From NCBI RefSeq assembly GCF_963921235.1, contig NC_086106.1:24676001-24740000 (forward strand): a stretch of DNA of 64,000 nucleotides, read 5' to 3'. The position numbers and the translations under genes are program-made. The DNA is from Mobula hypostoma (Eukaryota). This document shows, in pieces, positions 1-12,004 of the stretch (positions are counted from its first letter, which is position 1; each line of letters begins with the position of its first letter). A model generated the notes under the pieces. The model was not told where the DNA came from, ran no database searches, and saw only the letters and a program-made list of their open reading frames with translations.

Positions 1-1
1 A

Positions 2-1533
2 CCTATTGTCTCAGCTTGCTCCTGCCCCACCGAACTCGTTTCTGCATACCTCGACACTGTTTTATCACCCCTTGTTCAATCCCTTCCGACCTATGTTCGT
101 GACACTTCTCACGCTCTTAAACTTTTCGATGATTTTAAGTTCCCTGGCCCCCACCGCTTTATTTTCACCTTGGATGTCCAGTCCCTATATACTTCCATCC
201 CCCATCAGGAAGGTCTCAAAGCTCTACGCTTCTTTTTGGATTCCAGACCTAATCAGTTCCCCTCTACCACCACTCTGCTCCGTCTAGCAGAATTAGTCCT
301 TACTCTTAATAATTTCTCCTTTTGCTCCTCCCATTTCCTCCAAACTAAAGGTGTAGCTATGGGCACACGTATGGGTCCTAGCTATGCCTGCCTTTTTGTT
401 GGGTTTGTGGAACAATCTAGGTTCCGTGCCTATTCTGGTATCTGTCCCCCACTTTTCCTTCGCTACATCGACGACTGCATTGGCGCTGCTTCCTGCACGC
501 ATGCAGAACTCGTTGACTTTATTAACTTTGCCTCCAACTTTCACCCTGCCCTCAAGTTTACCTGGTCCATTTCTGACACCTCCCTCCCCTTTCTAGATCT
601 TTCTGTCTCTGTCTCTGGAGACAGCTTATCCACTGATATCTACTATAAGCCTACTGACTCTCACAACTATCTGGACTATTCCTCTTCTCACCCTGTCTCT
701 TGCAAAAACGCCATCCCCTTCTCGCAATTCCTCCGTCTCCGCCGCATCTGCTCTCAGGATGAGTCTTTTCATTCTAGGACGAGGGAAATGTCTTCATTTT
801 TTAAAGAAAGGGGCTTCCCTTCCTCCACTATCAACTCTGCTCTTAAACGCATCTCCCCCATTTCACGTACATCTGCTCTCACTCCATCCTCCCACCACCC
901 CACCAGGAATAGGGTTCCCCTGGTCCTCGCCTACCACCCCACCAGCCTCCGGGTCCAACATATTATTCTCCGTAACTTCCGCCACCTCCAACGGGATCCC
1001 ACCACTAAGCATATCTTTCCCTCCCCGCCTCTCTCTGCATTCCGCAGGGATCGCTCCCTACAAAACTCCCTTGTCCATTCGTCCCCCCCCCATCCTTCCC
1101 CACTGATCTCCCTGCTGGCACTTATCCGTGTAAGCGGAACAAGTGCTCCACATGCCCTTACACTTCCTCCCTTACCACCATTCAGGGCCCCAAACAGTCC
1201 TTCCAGGTGAGGCATCACTTCACCTGTGAGTCGACTGGGGTGATATACTGCGTCCGGTGCTCCCGATGTGGCCTTTTATATATTGGTGAGACCCGACGCA
1301 GACTGGGAGACTGCTTTGCTGAACATCTACGCTCTGTCCGCCAGAGAAAGCAGGATCTCCCAGTGGCCACACATTTTAATTCCACATCCCATTCCCATTC
1401 TGACATGTCTATCCACGGCCTCCTCTACTGTAAAGATGAAGCCACACTCAGGTTGGAGGAACAACACCTTATATTCCGTCTGGGTAGCCTCCAACCTGAT
1501 GGCATGAACATTGACTTCTCTAACTTCCGCTAG
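2..1533 (+). pseudogene. Penelope RT-GIY-YIG polyprotein broken by a +2 frameshift in the C run at ~1082-1091
   Basis: ORFs 170-1210 and 1207-1533. Copy 2 reads VHSSPPSLPTDLPPGTYPC in frame across the same site with 2 nt fewer. Confidence 0.85.
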
Positions 1534-1827
1534 GCCCCACCTCCCCCTCGTACCCCATCTGTTACTCTTTTTAATGCACACATTCTTTCTCTCACTCTCC
1601 TTTTTCTCCCTCTGTCCCTCTGAATATACCTCTTGCCCATCCTCTGGGTCACCCCCCCCCCCGTCTTTCTTCCCGGACCTCCTGTCCCATGATCCTCTCG
1701 TATCCCCTTCTGCCTATCACCTGTACAGCTCTCGGCTCCATCCCTCCCCCTCCTGTCTTCTCCTATCATTTTGCATCTCCCCCTCCCCCTCCAGCTTTCA
1801 AATCCCTTACTCACTCTTCCTTCAGTT

Positions 1828-1863
1828 AGTCCTGACGAAGGGTCTCGGCCTGAAACGTCGACT
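1828..1863 (+). ncRNA. Minimal type I hammerhead ribozyme (Penelope 3' repeat)
   Basis: AGTC-CTGACGA-AGG gtctcgg CCT-GAAA-CGTC-GACT: intact CUGANGA and GAAA core, stem I AGTC/GACT, stem II AGG/CCT, palindromic ACGT minimal stem III, GUC cleavage triplet. Confidence 0.88.
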
Positions 1864-1974
1864 GCGCCTCTTCCTATAGATGCTGCCTGGCCTGCTGCGT
1901 TCACCAGCAACTTTGATGTATGTTGCTTGAATTTCCAGCATCTGCAGAATTCCTGTTGTTTGTGTTTTACTAAC

Positions 1975-2117
1975 TATTGTTTTGTATATTATTTAGTGTC
2001 GCGTTTGTTACGTTATGATTGCACTGCTCCTGAGAAACGCTGTCTCATTCTGCCCTGCAGACCTGATGTATGGTTAGAATGACAATAAAGTATTTTGAAT
2101 CTTTGAATCTTTGAATC
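1975..2117 (+). mobile_element. 3' end of a non-LTR retroelement with (TTGAATCT)n tail
   Basis: AATAAA followed by tandem TTTGAATC repeats at ~2093-2117. Confidence 0.55.
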
Positions 2118-2575
2118 TAAACAGTTGGAACTCGGGAACTTCCGTCTTCCCCTGCGATCGCCTCCGATCCCACGACTCGTAGCTCGGGATCACCTGAAGT
2201 GATCGACCATAGTACTCCCAACACATCTGGCTTCCTATCGGTCGCTCCTCCAACTCCCCGCCAAAACCCCTGTTTCGCAGCAATATGAGACAGCATATTA
2301 ATCCAAAAGAAGAATAACATGGACACCCATTGGTTCATTCTCTCTCTTATCCTAAGATAACCCAAACAATCGCCCGCGAGAGAACCTTCTCAGCAATTAA
2401 CATAAAAGATTAGCATAACAAATAAGCCATTGTGTTTAACATACGCAGCAACATAAAAGAAGAAACACCTCACATAATATAAAGTGCATCATTTCAATCC
2501 TAGAATTAAAGATTAAAGACGCAGCTTTTCCTCAGTGTTCGCAATAAAAGAAACAGTTCGTTATTTATGCAGAAT

Positions 2576-5500
2576 CACAAAGGAGCAGAAGTAGGCCATT
2601 CGGCCCATCGAGTCTGCTCCGCGACTCCACCATGAGCTATTCTATTTTCCCAACTCTTTCCAATTTTGCGGCATTTTCCCCATATCCCTTGAGACACTGA
2701 CTAATTACATACTTATCAATATCCTCTTTCAACACCCTCGATGATCGGGCTTCCACAACTGTATGTGGCAACGAATTCCATAAATCCACAACCCTCTGGC
2801 TATTAAAAAATCTCTTCATATCCGTTTTAAATGAGTACCCTCTAATTCTAGACTGTGGCTTTTTGTCCTGGAATTACCCACCAAGGGAAACAGTTTTCGA
2901 CATCTACTCCGTCCAACCCTTTCAATATTCGAAATATTTCTATGAGATCCGTTCTCATTTTTCTATACTCTAATGAGCTCAGTCCAAGAGCCGACAAACG
3001 CTCCGCATATGTAAGCCCTTGCATTCCAGGAGTCATCCTCGTAAATCTTCTGTGAACTTTCTGCAACATCAGTACATCCCTTCTAAAATAGGGGGCCCAA
3101 TACTGCACACGGTATTCCAAACGAGGTCTCTCCAGTGTCCGATACAGCCTCATCAACACCTCCTTACCCTTATACACTGTTCCTCTTGAAATGAATGCCA
3201 ACATAGCTTTCGCTTTCCTTCTTGGAAATCCAACCTGGTGGTTAACCATTGCACTTCCGATTTTTGAATTGTCTCACCATCTAAATAATAATCTTCCCGA
3301 TTATTTTCCTTCCAAAATGTACAACCGTACATTTTCTCAACTTTGTATCTCATCTTCCATTTCTTTGCTAACTCTCCTAAACTGACTAAGTCTATCTGCA
3401 ACCTTTCCGTTTCCTCAAAACTTCCTGCTCCTCCACCCATCTTGGTGTTATCCGCAAAACTAGCGACAAAACCATATAAATCATACACGAAGTAATCGAT
3501 ATACCTTGTAAAATGAAGCGGCCCCAACACCGCCCCTGCGGAACACCACACGTAACCGGCAACCTATCAGAATAGAATCCCTTTATTCCTACCCTTTGCT
3601 TTCTGCCTATCGGCCAATGTTCCACCCATTCCAATATACTTCCTCTAATTCCATGGGCTCTCATCTTATTAAGCAGCCTCTAATGGGACACCTTATCGAA
3701 GGCCTGTTGAAAATCCAAATACACAACATCCACAGCCTCTCCCTTGTTAATCTTATTTGAGATTACCTCAAAAAATTCCAATAGGATGGTGAGGCAAGAT
3801 CTTCCCTTCATGAAACCCTGCTGGCTTGGGCTTATTTTGTCATGCACCTCGAGGTTTTTCGTAACCGCGTCCTTGAGGATCGACCCCAATAACTTTCCAA
3901 CTACCAATGTCAGTCTAATAGGTCTGTAATTTTCCTTTTGCTGCCTCCCTCCTTTCTTAAACAGCGGAATTACATTAGCGACCTTCTAGTACTCCGGAAC
4001 CATGCCAGAGTCTATTAATTCCTGGAAGATCATCTCCAATGCCTCCACATTCTACAAAGCCACCTCCCTCAGAACACGTCGGTGCACCTCATTCGGCCCG
4101 GGAGACCTATTGATTCTTAGTCCATTTAGCTTCCCAAGCACCTTCTTTCTGGTAATCTTGACTGTACCTAATTCTATTCCCTGAGACCTCTGTCTATCAG
4201 GTATGTTGCTCATGTCCTGCACTGGGAATACCGATGCTAAGTACTCATTCAGTTCCTCTGCCATCTCTTTGTTACCCATTATAATTTCTCCATCATCATT
4301 TTCATGCGGTCTCGTGTCACTACTTTACTCTTCATATATATTTTTAAAAAATCTTTGTATCCTTTTTGTATGTTAATTGCCAATTTCCTTTCATAATTCA
4401 TGTTTTCATTCCTATTTTTTTATTAGTTTCCTTGTGTAAGTTTTTGAAAGTCGTACTGCACTAGCTTTCCCACTATTTCTCGCTTCCTTTCACGCCATAA
4501 CTTTTGTTTTTTTTTATTTCAGCCTTAACCTCTCTCATTAGCCACATTTGTGCCATTTTCCATTCCTGATTTTCTTTTCTCTTGGTATATATTTTCCTAC
4601 ACTTTCCTTATTTCCTGTACGAATTTCATCCAATTCTGCTCTACCGTCCCTCCATCTAACTTACTTTTCCAATGGACTTGGGCCAGTTCCTTTCTCATAC
4701 CACTGTAACTTCCTATGTTCCACTAAAATATCGATAGACTTGGTATCAGCTTCTCCTTTTCAAATCTGAAAATGAACTCAATCAAAATATGATCATACTT
4801 CCAAGGGGTTCAAGTACCTCCAGTTCCGTAATCGCCTCAGGTTCATTATACAGCACCCAACCCAAAACTGTCGATCCCCTGGTGGGCTTGTGGACAAGCT
4901 GTTCCAAAAAGCAATCCCGTAGGCATTCTACAAACTGACTCTCCTGCGATCCAGTACCTTCCTAACTTCGCCAATCCACTTTCATATTAAAATCCTCCAT
5001 AATTATCTTAACATTTTCCTTCTGACACGCTTTATCTAATTCTATCTGTAACTTGTAGTCCAGATCATGGCTGCTGTTTGGAGGCCTGTAGATCACTGCT
5101 ATTAGTGTCTTTTTACCCTTGCCTTTGCTTAACTCGACCCATAAAGATTCTACCTCTTCTGATCCTATGACCCTTCTGTCTAGAGATTTAGTATCGTTGC
5201 CTACCATCACCGTCACGCCACACCCTCTACCTACCTACCTATCTTTCCTGCATACTGCATATCCTTGGACATTCAGCTCCCAATCACATCCATCATTTAG
5301 CCATGACTCGGTGATGGCCACAATGTCATATTTTTTAACCTGTAGCTGTACAACAAGATCATCTACTTTATTTCTAATGATGCGTGAATTTGAGTACAAT
5401 ACATTTAGATCAGTATCTGTTACCGATTTTACTGTATTTCTATCGCACAGCAAATTATCCTGTCTATTCACCTGCCTGTCCTTCTTGCCATTTTTTCTGC

Positions 5501-6240
5501 ACAGTATCTTTGACTTATTTCTATTTTGATCTTCCTCGACCCTAACACCATGGTACCATGCCCCTGGCAACTTAGTTAAAACTCTCCCTAACAGCTATAT
5601 TAAACAATCCCGGCAGGATATTAGTACCCTTTGAGTTCAAGTGTAAACCATCGTTTGTGTAGGAGTCATACCTCCCCCAAAATAGATGCCAATGATCCAA
5701 GAATTTGAAGCTCTGTCCCCTGCACAGTTACTTAGCCACATAGTCTTCTGCTTAATTCTGCTATTCTTACCTTCATTAGCGCGTGGCTATGATTATCACT
5801 CCGGAGGTCCGGGTTTTCATTTTTTTTTTCCTAGCTCCCAGTAATGTTCTTTCAGTACCTCCTCTATTTTTCTGTCCACGTCATTGGTAGCAACATGTAC
5901 CAAGACTTCAGGCTGCTCGCCCTCTCTCCTCAGAATACTCTGGACCCGATCTGAGACATCCCGCACCCTGGCACCAGGGAGTCAACTCTCCATCCGGGTA
6001 TCCTTGCCCGGCTCGCAGAACCTCCTGTCTGTTCCCCTCACTATGGAATTCCCTATAACAACTGCGTTTCTACTTGTTCTCTGGATCATGGCACTGGGAA
6101 GAGTGCAGGATTCCCATTCGCTGTGGTCTTCCACTGTCAGTTCAACCTCTCCAACAGTATCTTAAACAATATAGCGTTTACTAAGGGGCACTGTCATAGA
6201 GGTGCTGTCCACTATCCCTCTATAGGTGTTATCAATCACC
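2576..6240 (-). mobile_element. Degraded near-full-length CR1 LINE (ORF1 esterase part + ORF2 APE/RT)
   Basis: Minus-strand ORF fragments with CR1 motifs (VIYRPPNSS, QQGFMKGRSCLT, VYLDFQQAFDKV, FADNTK, RLEYRVQYWAPY); multiple frameshifts; interrupts the duplicated cassette. Confidence 0.9.
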
Positions 6241-6267
6241 CCCTCACTATCCGTGATTATGAAAATG

Positions 6268-7360
6268 TTATTAACTTTCTACAATTTCTATCATGTCAGT
6301 TGAATTTGCATCCCATGTCTGCAGTGTTTGGCTCAGCGAATTAGCAAATGCTTTTCACAGTCTTTATCCTCCTCCAGTCCCTTCATTACTGGGATGGATT
6401 TTCAGATTCCCGCCCTTAGATAAGTCACCAAACAGCGCGGGATTCACCGTTGTAATTGTTACGCACTTGTGTTACACCTCGTCGACGCACTGTTATTGAC
6501 TTAATATCTGGTGTGTCGATATGCAATTGATCGACGCAGTAGGACCCAGGGAGGTGAAAAGCGATATGCATTGTTTGCATTTCACTCCCCCATTATATTG
6601 CTCCGATTACAAATTAAGACACAAAATGAATCCCCATGAAATACCGCTTTAGGAAGAGCAGTATGTATTCTACTAATATCGACAACAGTTTAATTTACTG
6701 GAGAGATCGAGACTTCGCTTGGAATACGAATATTTGAATGTTGCTATTGGTGAGATAACAATGACTTGTTTGATTGAAGCAACAGTGTCGATCGATTTAT
6801 AATGTATACATATTCTGTGCAACACTGGGTCTTTGAATTGACAGAAATTATTCACAGAGATTACATAATACGAGCTATCGGTTCGATGGATTGGCTATTT
6901 CGTGATCCAACATACCAACAGGCCGGTATTAAGAAGCAATGTGCTAAAGATGGCATCTGCTACTTCACCATGCATCCATGCTCTAATTCATTGTAGATAT
7001 TCAGCAGGCTACCGGGGCACGGATTAAACTCTGAACATATGGGTTTATAATTATTGGTTGAAACCAGACATCACTATAATTGGATCATTGCATTTAATCG
7101 GTAGAAGATTCTAAGATGGGAAATAACAACCGAATAATGTGCTCCGAATGCTTTCCATTGCCATTTCATGACAGTTATTAAGCATCAGTTCAGAAACGGA
7201 CAGCTCTTTGTGACACCACAAGGCAGTCATCAGAAATAGTTGATTTTCTTCATCGCATGATGCTATTGTAGTTAGTATCTCTCGTGTTTACTGGGTAAAT
7301 CCACTACATATGTGGTCGGAATGTGCGTGCACCTCATGTTTTGGAAGAGCACATAATGAA
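6268..7360. repeat. Cassette block A, copy 1 (non-coding block repeated at ~13300-13945, 27640-28330, 49860-50900, 55490-56620)
   Basis: Shared strings such as TTTCTATCA(T/C)GTCAG..CCATGTCTGCAGTGTTTG..CAGCGAATTAGCA and GCTAAAGATGGCATCTGCTACTTC. Confidence 0.85.
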
Positions 7361-7739
7361 AATATAGTAAATGATAATGAAGAGAATTTCAACCATGCAT
7401 TCCTACAGGATTATAAGGGAAGATTTTAATTCATGAAATTTCATACACCCTGGTTATGAAACAACAACAACAGTACGATGAAAGTTTATTTTTGAGGAGA
7501 CACAAATGACAATTGTAATGCTGACGACTTGTGGAGATTAGACTTGAGAGTGACATGAATTCTGAAGCAAATCCGCAGCATAAAAAGTTCGGTGATTTTG
7601 TTTGTTCGCATGATATGTAAAGATAATTAAACCTGATAAAATCTATTTTAAAGTTTCTGCTCTAACATCATTCGGAGGCTAATCGCAAAGTCCCACATTC
7701 GTCCTTGAGATTCTGAATTGATATTTCCTGGTTTGTGTC

Positions 7740-8150
7740 AGCAGTGCCTTGCAATGTATAACAATTCTGGTGGTTTACAATATTAAGTGTATATTTAGTA
7801 AATAATTAAATAGGCAGTGCCAAAAGTGGTGTCAGAGATACTAAGGCAGTGTTTTGGGCTTATTGTGAATTCTGAAATCTGACGGCAGAAGAATGCACCT
7901 ATTCCTGAAACGATGAGTGAGAGGGAATGTCCTCGGTGATGGGAGTTAGGGATGAGTCCCCAGTGATGCATGCCAGCCTTTCAAGGCAAAGCTTTTTGCA
8001 GATATCCTGGATGCTGGATCGTGCTATGTCAATGATGAAGCTGGCTGGGTTTAAAATATTTTGCAGTTCATTTGTTCCTGTGCAGTTGCCCCACCATACC
8101 AGACATTGATGCAGACCTCCTGAACGTCTTAACAGCCTATACACAAGCAA
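7740..8150 (-). mobile_element. Rex1/L2-like LINE 3' fragment
   Basis: ORF 7899-8150 (WWGNCT..LQNILNPASFI..CLERLACITGDSS) resembles the C-terminal LINE ORF2 tail; related piece at 29390-29880. Confidence 0.55.
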
Positions 8151-8848
8151 TCACAACTTCTATCCGCCGAATTAATTAGTAAGTTGTTCAAAGAAAAGCT
8201 ACTTGTATAGACTGCATATGAACACGTCAAGTTACCGTGCGCCGTGATGCTTGTTACATTTTTGCCTTTTAGATCAACTCTGGAGTCGCTACGTTCTGCC
8301 CGAAATCCACGTCAGAGAAGAATAAGGACTGTTGTTGCATCTTATGCTGCACTCACGCTTCGTTACCCTACCATTCATTCTGCTCGTACCCTCTCACTCG
8401 ATGAGCAAGCGCAATTTATTGACAGTCTTCTCCAAAAATATTGACGTCTGCCCTGCTTCACTTCACCTTTGAGTGGCGCTGTGCTATTAATGTCAGCTCA
8501 GAAATAATTTGATTCCTTTGTTCTGCTCTTCTGCGATCGTCTCGGCAAAATGTCATTTCCTGCACTGCGTGTGAACGACGTTTTTTTTTCTATTGTGTCT
8601 TTGGAGATTTACCACCGAGCGTTGCCTGTTGTGATTGGTCGGTTTGGCCAATGTTTGTATATTTATGCTGTAGGAATGAGTCTCTACTCTGTGGTCCCCG
8701 AATGACAGACTAAAACAGAATGAAAGTGAGAATTGTCTCACAGCGGTCCTCGGTATTCTGTTTCTTCTAGGTAAGAAATCTAATCACTGTAATAGTCCAG
8801 ACTTCTCTGTAATTCTCTGTAACCATTTTATTTTCTCAATGTAAATAT

Positions 8849-11506
8849 GAGGAAAGATGTGGAAAGATGTGGAATCGATATGGGTAGAGCTGCGTAACAC
8901 TAAGGGGCAGAAGACGCTGGTGGGAGTTGTGTACAGGCCACCTAACAGTAGTAGTGAGGTCGGAGATGGTATTAAACAGGAAATTAGAAATGTGTGCAAT
9001 AAAGGAACAGCAGTTATAATGGGTGACTTCAATCTACATGTAGACTGGGTGAACCAAATTGGTAAAGGTGCTGAGGAAGAGGATTTCTTGGAATGTATGC
9101 GGGATGGTTTTTTGAACCAACATGTCGAGGAACCGACTAGAGAGCAGGCTATTCTGGACTGGGTTTTGAGCAATGAGGAAGGGTTAATTAGCGATCTTGT
9201 CGTGAGAGGCCCCTTGGGTAAGAGTGACCATAATATGGTGGAATTCTTCATTAACATGGAGAGTGACGTAGTTAATTCAGAAACAAAGGTTCTGAACTTA
9301 AAGAGGGGTAACTTTGAAGGTATGAGACATGAATTAGCTAAGATAGACTGGCAAATGACACTTCAAGGATTGACGGTGGATATGCAATGGCAGGCATTTA
9401 AAGGTTGCATGGATGAACTACAACAATTGTTCATCCCAGTTTGGCAAAAGAATAAATCAAGGAAGGTAGTGCACCCGTGGCTGACAAGAGAAATTAGGGA
9501 TAGTATCAATTCCAAAGAAGTAGCATACAAATTAGCCAGAGAAAGTGGCTCACCTGAGGACTGGGAGAAATTCAGAGTTCAGCAGAGGAGGACAAAGGGC
9601 TTAATTAGGAAGGGGAAAAAAGATTATGAGAGAAAACTGGCAGAGAACATAAAAACGGACTGTAAAAGCTTTTATAGATATGTAAAAAGGAAAAGACTGA
9701 TAAAGACAAATGTAGGTCCCCTGCAAACAGAAACAGGTGAATTGATTATGGGGAGCAAGGACATGGCAGACCAATTGAATAATTACTTTGGTTCTGTCTT
9801 CACTAAGGAGGACATAAATAATCTTCCAGAAATAGTAAGGGACAGAGGGTCCAGTGAGATGGAGGAACTGAGCGAAATACATGTTAGTAGGGAAGTGGTG
9901 TTAGGTAAATTGAAGGGATTGAAGGCAGATAAATCCCCAGGGCCAGATGGTCTGCATCCCAGAGTGCTTAAGGAAGTGGCCCAAGAAATAGTGGATGCAT
10001 TAGTGATAATTTTTCAAAACTCGTTAGATTCTGGACTAGTTCCTGAGGATTGGAGGGTGGCTAATGTAACCCCACTTTTTAAAAAAGGAGGGAGAGAGAA
10101 ACCGGGGAATTATAGGCCGGTTAGCCTAACGTCGGTGGTGGGGAAACTGCTGGAGTCAGTTATCAAGGATGTGATAACAGCACATTTGGAAAGCGGTGAA
10201 ATGATCGGACAAAGTCAGCATGGATTTGTGAAAGGAAAATCATGTCTGACGAATCTCATAGAATTTTTTGAGGATGTAACTAGTAGAGTGGATAGGGGAG
10301 AACCAGTGGATGTGGTATATTTGGATTTTCAAAAGGCTTTTGACAAGGTCCCACATAGGAGATTAGTGTGCAAACTTAAAGCACACGGTATTGGGGGTAA
10401 GGTATTGGTGTGGGTTGAGAATTGGTTAGCAGACAGGAAGCAAAGAGTGGGAATAAACGGGACCTTTTCAGAATGGCAGGCGGTGACTAGTGGGGTACCG
10501 CAAGGCTCAGTGCTGGGACCCCAGTTGTTTACAATATATATTAATGACTTGGAAGAGGGAATTAAATGCAGCATCTCCAAGTTTGCGGATGACACGAAGC
10601 TGGGTGGCAGTGTTAGCAGTGAGGAGGATGCTAAGAGGATGCAGGGTGACTTGGATAGGTTGGGTGAGTGGGCAAACTCATGGCAGATGCAATTTAATGT
10701 GGATAAATGTGAAGTTATCCACTTTGGTGGCAAAAATAGGAAAACAGATTATTATCTGAATGGTGGCCGATTAGGAAAAGGGGAGGTGCAACGAGACCTG
10801 GGTGTCATTATACACCAGTCATTGAAAGTGGGCATGCAGGTACAGCAGGCGGTGAAAAAGGCGAACGGTATGCTGGCATTTATAGCGAGAGGATTCGAGT
10901 ACAGGAGCAGGGAGGTACTACTGCAGTTGTACAAGGCCTTGGTGAGACCACACCTGGAGTATTGTGTGCAGTTTTGGTCCCCTAATCTGAGGAAAGACAT
11001 CTTTGCCATAGAGGGAGTACAAAGAAGGTTCACCAGATTGATTCCTGGGATGGCAGGTCTTTCATATGAAGAAAGACTGGATGAACTGGGCTTGTACTCG
11101 TTGGAATTTAGAAGATTGAGGGGGGATCTGATTGAAACGTATAAGATCCTAAAGGGATTGGACAGGCTAGATGCAGGAAGATTGTTCCCGATGTTGGGGA
11201 GGTCTAGAACGAGGGGTCACAGTTTGAGGATAGAGGGGAAGCCTTTTAGGACCGAGGTTAGGAAAAACTTCTTCACACAGAGAGTGGTGAATCTGTGGAA
11301 TTCTCTGCCACAGCAAACTGTTGAGGCCAGTTCATTAGCTATGTTTAAAAGGAAGTTAGATATGGCCCTTGTGGCTACAGGGGTCAGGGGGTATGGAGGG
11401 AAGGCTGGGTTCTGAGTTGGATGATCAGCCATGATCATAATAAATGGCGGTGCAGGCTCGAAGGGCCGAATGGCCTACTCCTGCACCTATTTTCTATGTT
11501 TCTATG
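8849..11506 (+). mobile_element. Young 5'-truncated CR1 LINE inserted in the V1 leader intron
   Basis: Uninterrupted ORF2, CR1 3' UTR and (TTTCTATG)2 tail. Flanks match the uninterrupted ~125-nt introns of V2, V4 and V6. Confidence 0.95.
8857..11415 (+). CDS. CR1 ORF2 (C-terminal half of APE endonuclease + reverse transcriptase), 852 aa open
   Basis: VYRPP, MGDFN, SDHN (APE); NYRPVSLTS, QHGFVKGKSCLTNL, LDFQKAFDKV, GVPQGSVLGP, FADD (RT). Confidence 0.9.
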   Translation: MWKDVESIWVELRNTKGQKTLVGVVYRPPNSSSEVGDGIKQEIRNVCNKGTAVIMGDFNLHVDWVNQIGKGAEEEDFLECMRDGFLNQHVEEPTREQAILDWVLSNEEGLISDLVVRGPLGKSDHNMVEFFINMESDVVNSETKVLNLKRGNFEGMRHELAKIDWQMTLQGLTVDMQWQAFKGCMDELQQLFIPVWQKNKSRKVVHPWLTREIRDSINSKEVAYKLARESGSPEDWEKFRVQQRRTKGLIRKGKKDYERKLAENIKTDCKSFYRYVKRKRLIKTNVGPLQTETGELIMGSKDMADQLNNYFGSVFTKEDINNLPEIVRDRGSSEMEELSEIHVSREVVLGKLKGLKADKSPGPDGLHPRVLKEVAQEIVDALVIIFQNSLDSGLVPEDWRVANVTPLFKKGGREKPGNYRPVSLTSVVGKLLESVIKDVITAHLESGEMIGQSQHGFVKGKSCLTNLIEFFEDVTSRVDRGEPVDVVYLDFQKAFDKVPHRRLVCKLKAHGIGGKVLVWVENWLADRKQRVGINGTFSEWQAVTSGVPQGSVLGPQLFTIYINDLEEGIKCSISKFADDTKLGGSVSSEEDAKRMQGDLDRLGEWANSWQMQFNVDKCEVIHFGGKNRKTDYYLNGGRLGKGEVQRDLGVIIHQSLKVGMQVQQAVKKANGMLAFIARGFEYRSREVLLQLYKALVRPHLEYCVQFWSPNLRKDIFAIEGVQRRFTRLIPGMAGLSYEERLDELGLYSLEFRRLRGDLIETYKILKGLDRLDAGRLFPMLGRSRTRGHSLRIEGKPFRTEVRKNFFTQRVVNLWNSLPQQTVEASSLAMFKRKLDMALVATGVRGYGGKAGF

Positions 11507-11869
11507 TAAGTAACCATGTTGTTCGAAGTAGAACTTATGATCCATTGATTATTTTTTTTCTGATAGACTGGAGCCTTCAAGACTCAGTGGAACAGTTAGT
11601 GGATGCAATAACGAGCGATGAAGGAAGTAATATTATTATAAACTGTACTTTACAAACAAGCAATGCACTCCCAAATGTTTTCTGGTACAGGCAGCGGACC
11701 AGACAAAGACCACATTATTTGATTTGGATTAACGCAGGGAAAGTATACCGCAATGAAGAGGTAACCGAAAGATTATTTGCTTCATATGATAAAGATAAAA
11801 AATATACTGAACTATCGATAAACAACACCATAATCTCGGACTCGGCCACATACCTCTGTGCGATGAGCC

Positions 11870-11908
11870 CACGGTGCTTACAAATCTGAATTATTTCAAA
11901 CAAAAACC
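11870..11908 (+). other. 23-RSS of V1
   Basis: CACGGTG, 23-nt spacer, ACAAAAACC (consensus nonamer). Confidence 0.93.
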
Positions 11909-12004
11909 GTCTTTCACAGTTTCCTCGGGAGCTCGACAGAGGGCGAACAAATCAAGGAGAACATACTAACTGAAGTCGAGATGCTTCGTCCAATATTTCT
12001 CTCA

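Larger units (their letters stand above)
1..1961 (+). mobile_element. Penelope-like retroelement (RT + GIY-YIG endonuclease), copy 1, begins before the window
   Basis: RT motifs (DVQSLYTSIPH, GVAMGTRMGPSYA, LRYIDD) open from nt 2; GIY-YIG domain (GVIYCVRC..LYIGET..HLIF) at 1207-1533; 3' UTR contains a hammerhead and ends CCTGTTGTTT. Confidence 0.93.
8720..11869 (+). pseudogene. TCR alpha/delta-type V segment V1: leader 8720-8770 frameshifted, CR1 in intron, intact V exon 11567-11869
   Basis: Exon reads DWSLQDSVEQ..IINC..FWYRQ..DSATYLCAMS. The leader from ATG 8720 is 51 nt and ends in TAG at the GT donor (8771); the correct frame has no ATG. Confidence 0.88.

Noticed and set aside
1082-1210. 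Programmed frameshift between Penelope RT and GIY-YIG
   Set aside because: Copy 2 is in frame across this site; copy 1 simply gained 2 nt in a C run.
1511-1910. Recurrent 100-130 aa ORFs (MLVNAAGQ.., MTSLTSAR..) here and at ~32950, 34894 and 42352
   Set aside because: Alternative-frame or antisense shadows of the Penelope 3' UTR.
2118-2290. GC-rich 170-nt island between two LINE ends
   Set aside because: Single copy with no motif or credible ORF; probably an unclassified TE fragment.
6700-7200. Block A as a decayed Ig-domain exon (WFQ on the minus strand, DGICYF on the plus strand)
   Set aside because: Cys-Trp spacing is wrong, frames are not conserved between copies, and there is no RSS.
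11915-11921. CACAGTT after each nonamer as a second cryptic RSS
   Set aside because: No nonamer at 12 or 23 nt; better explained as the upstream module of the CTCF-like motif.
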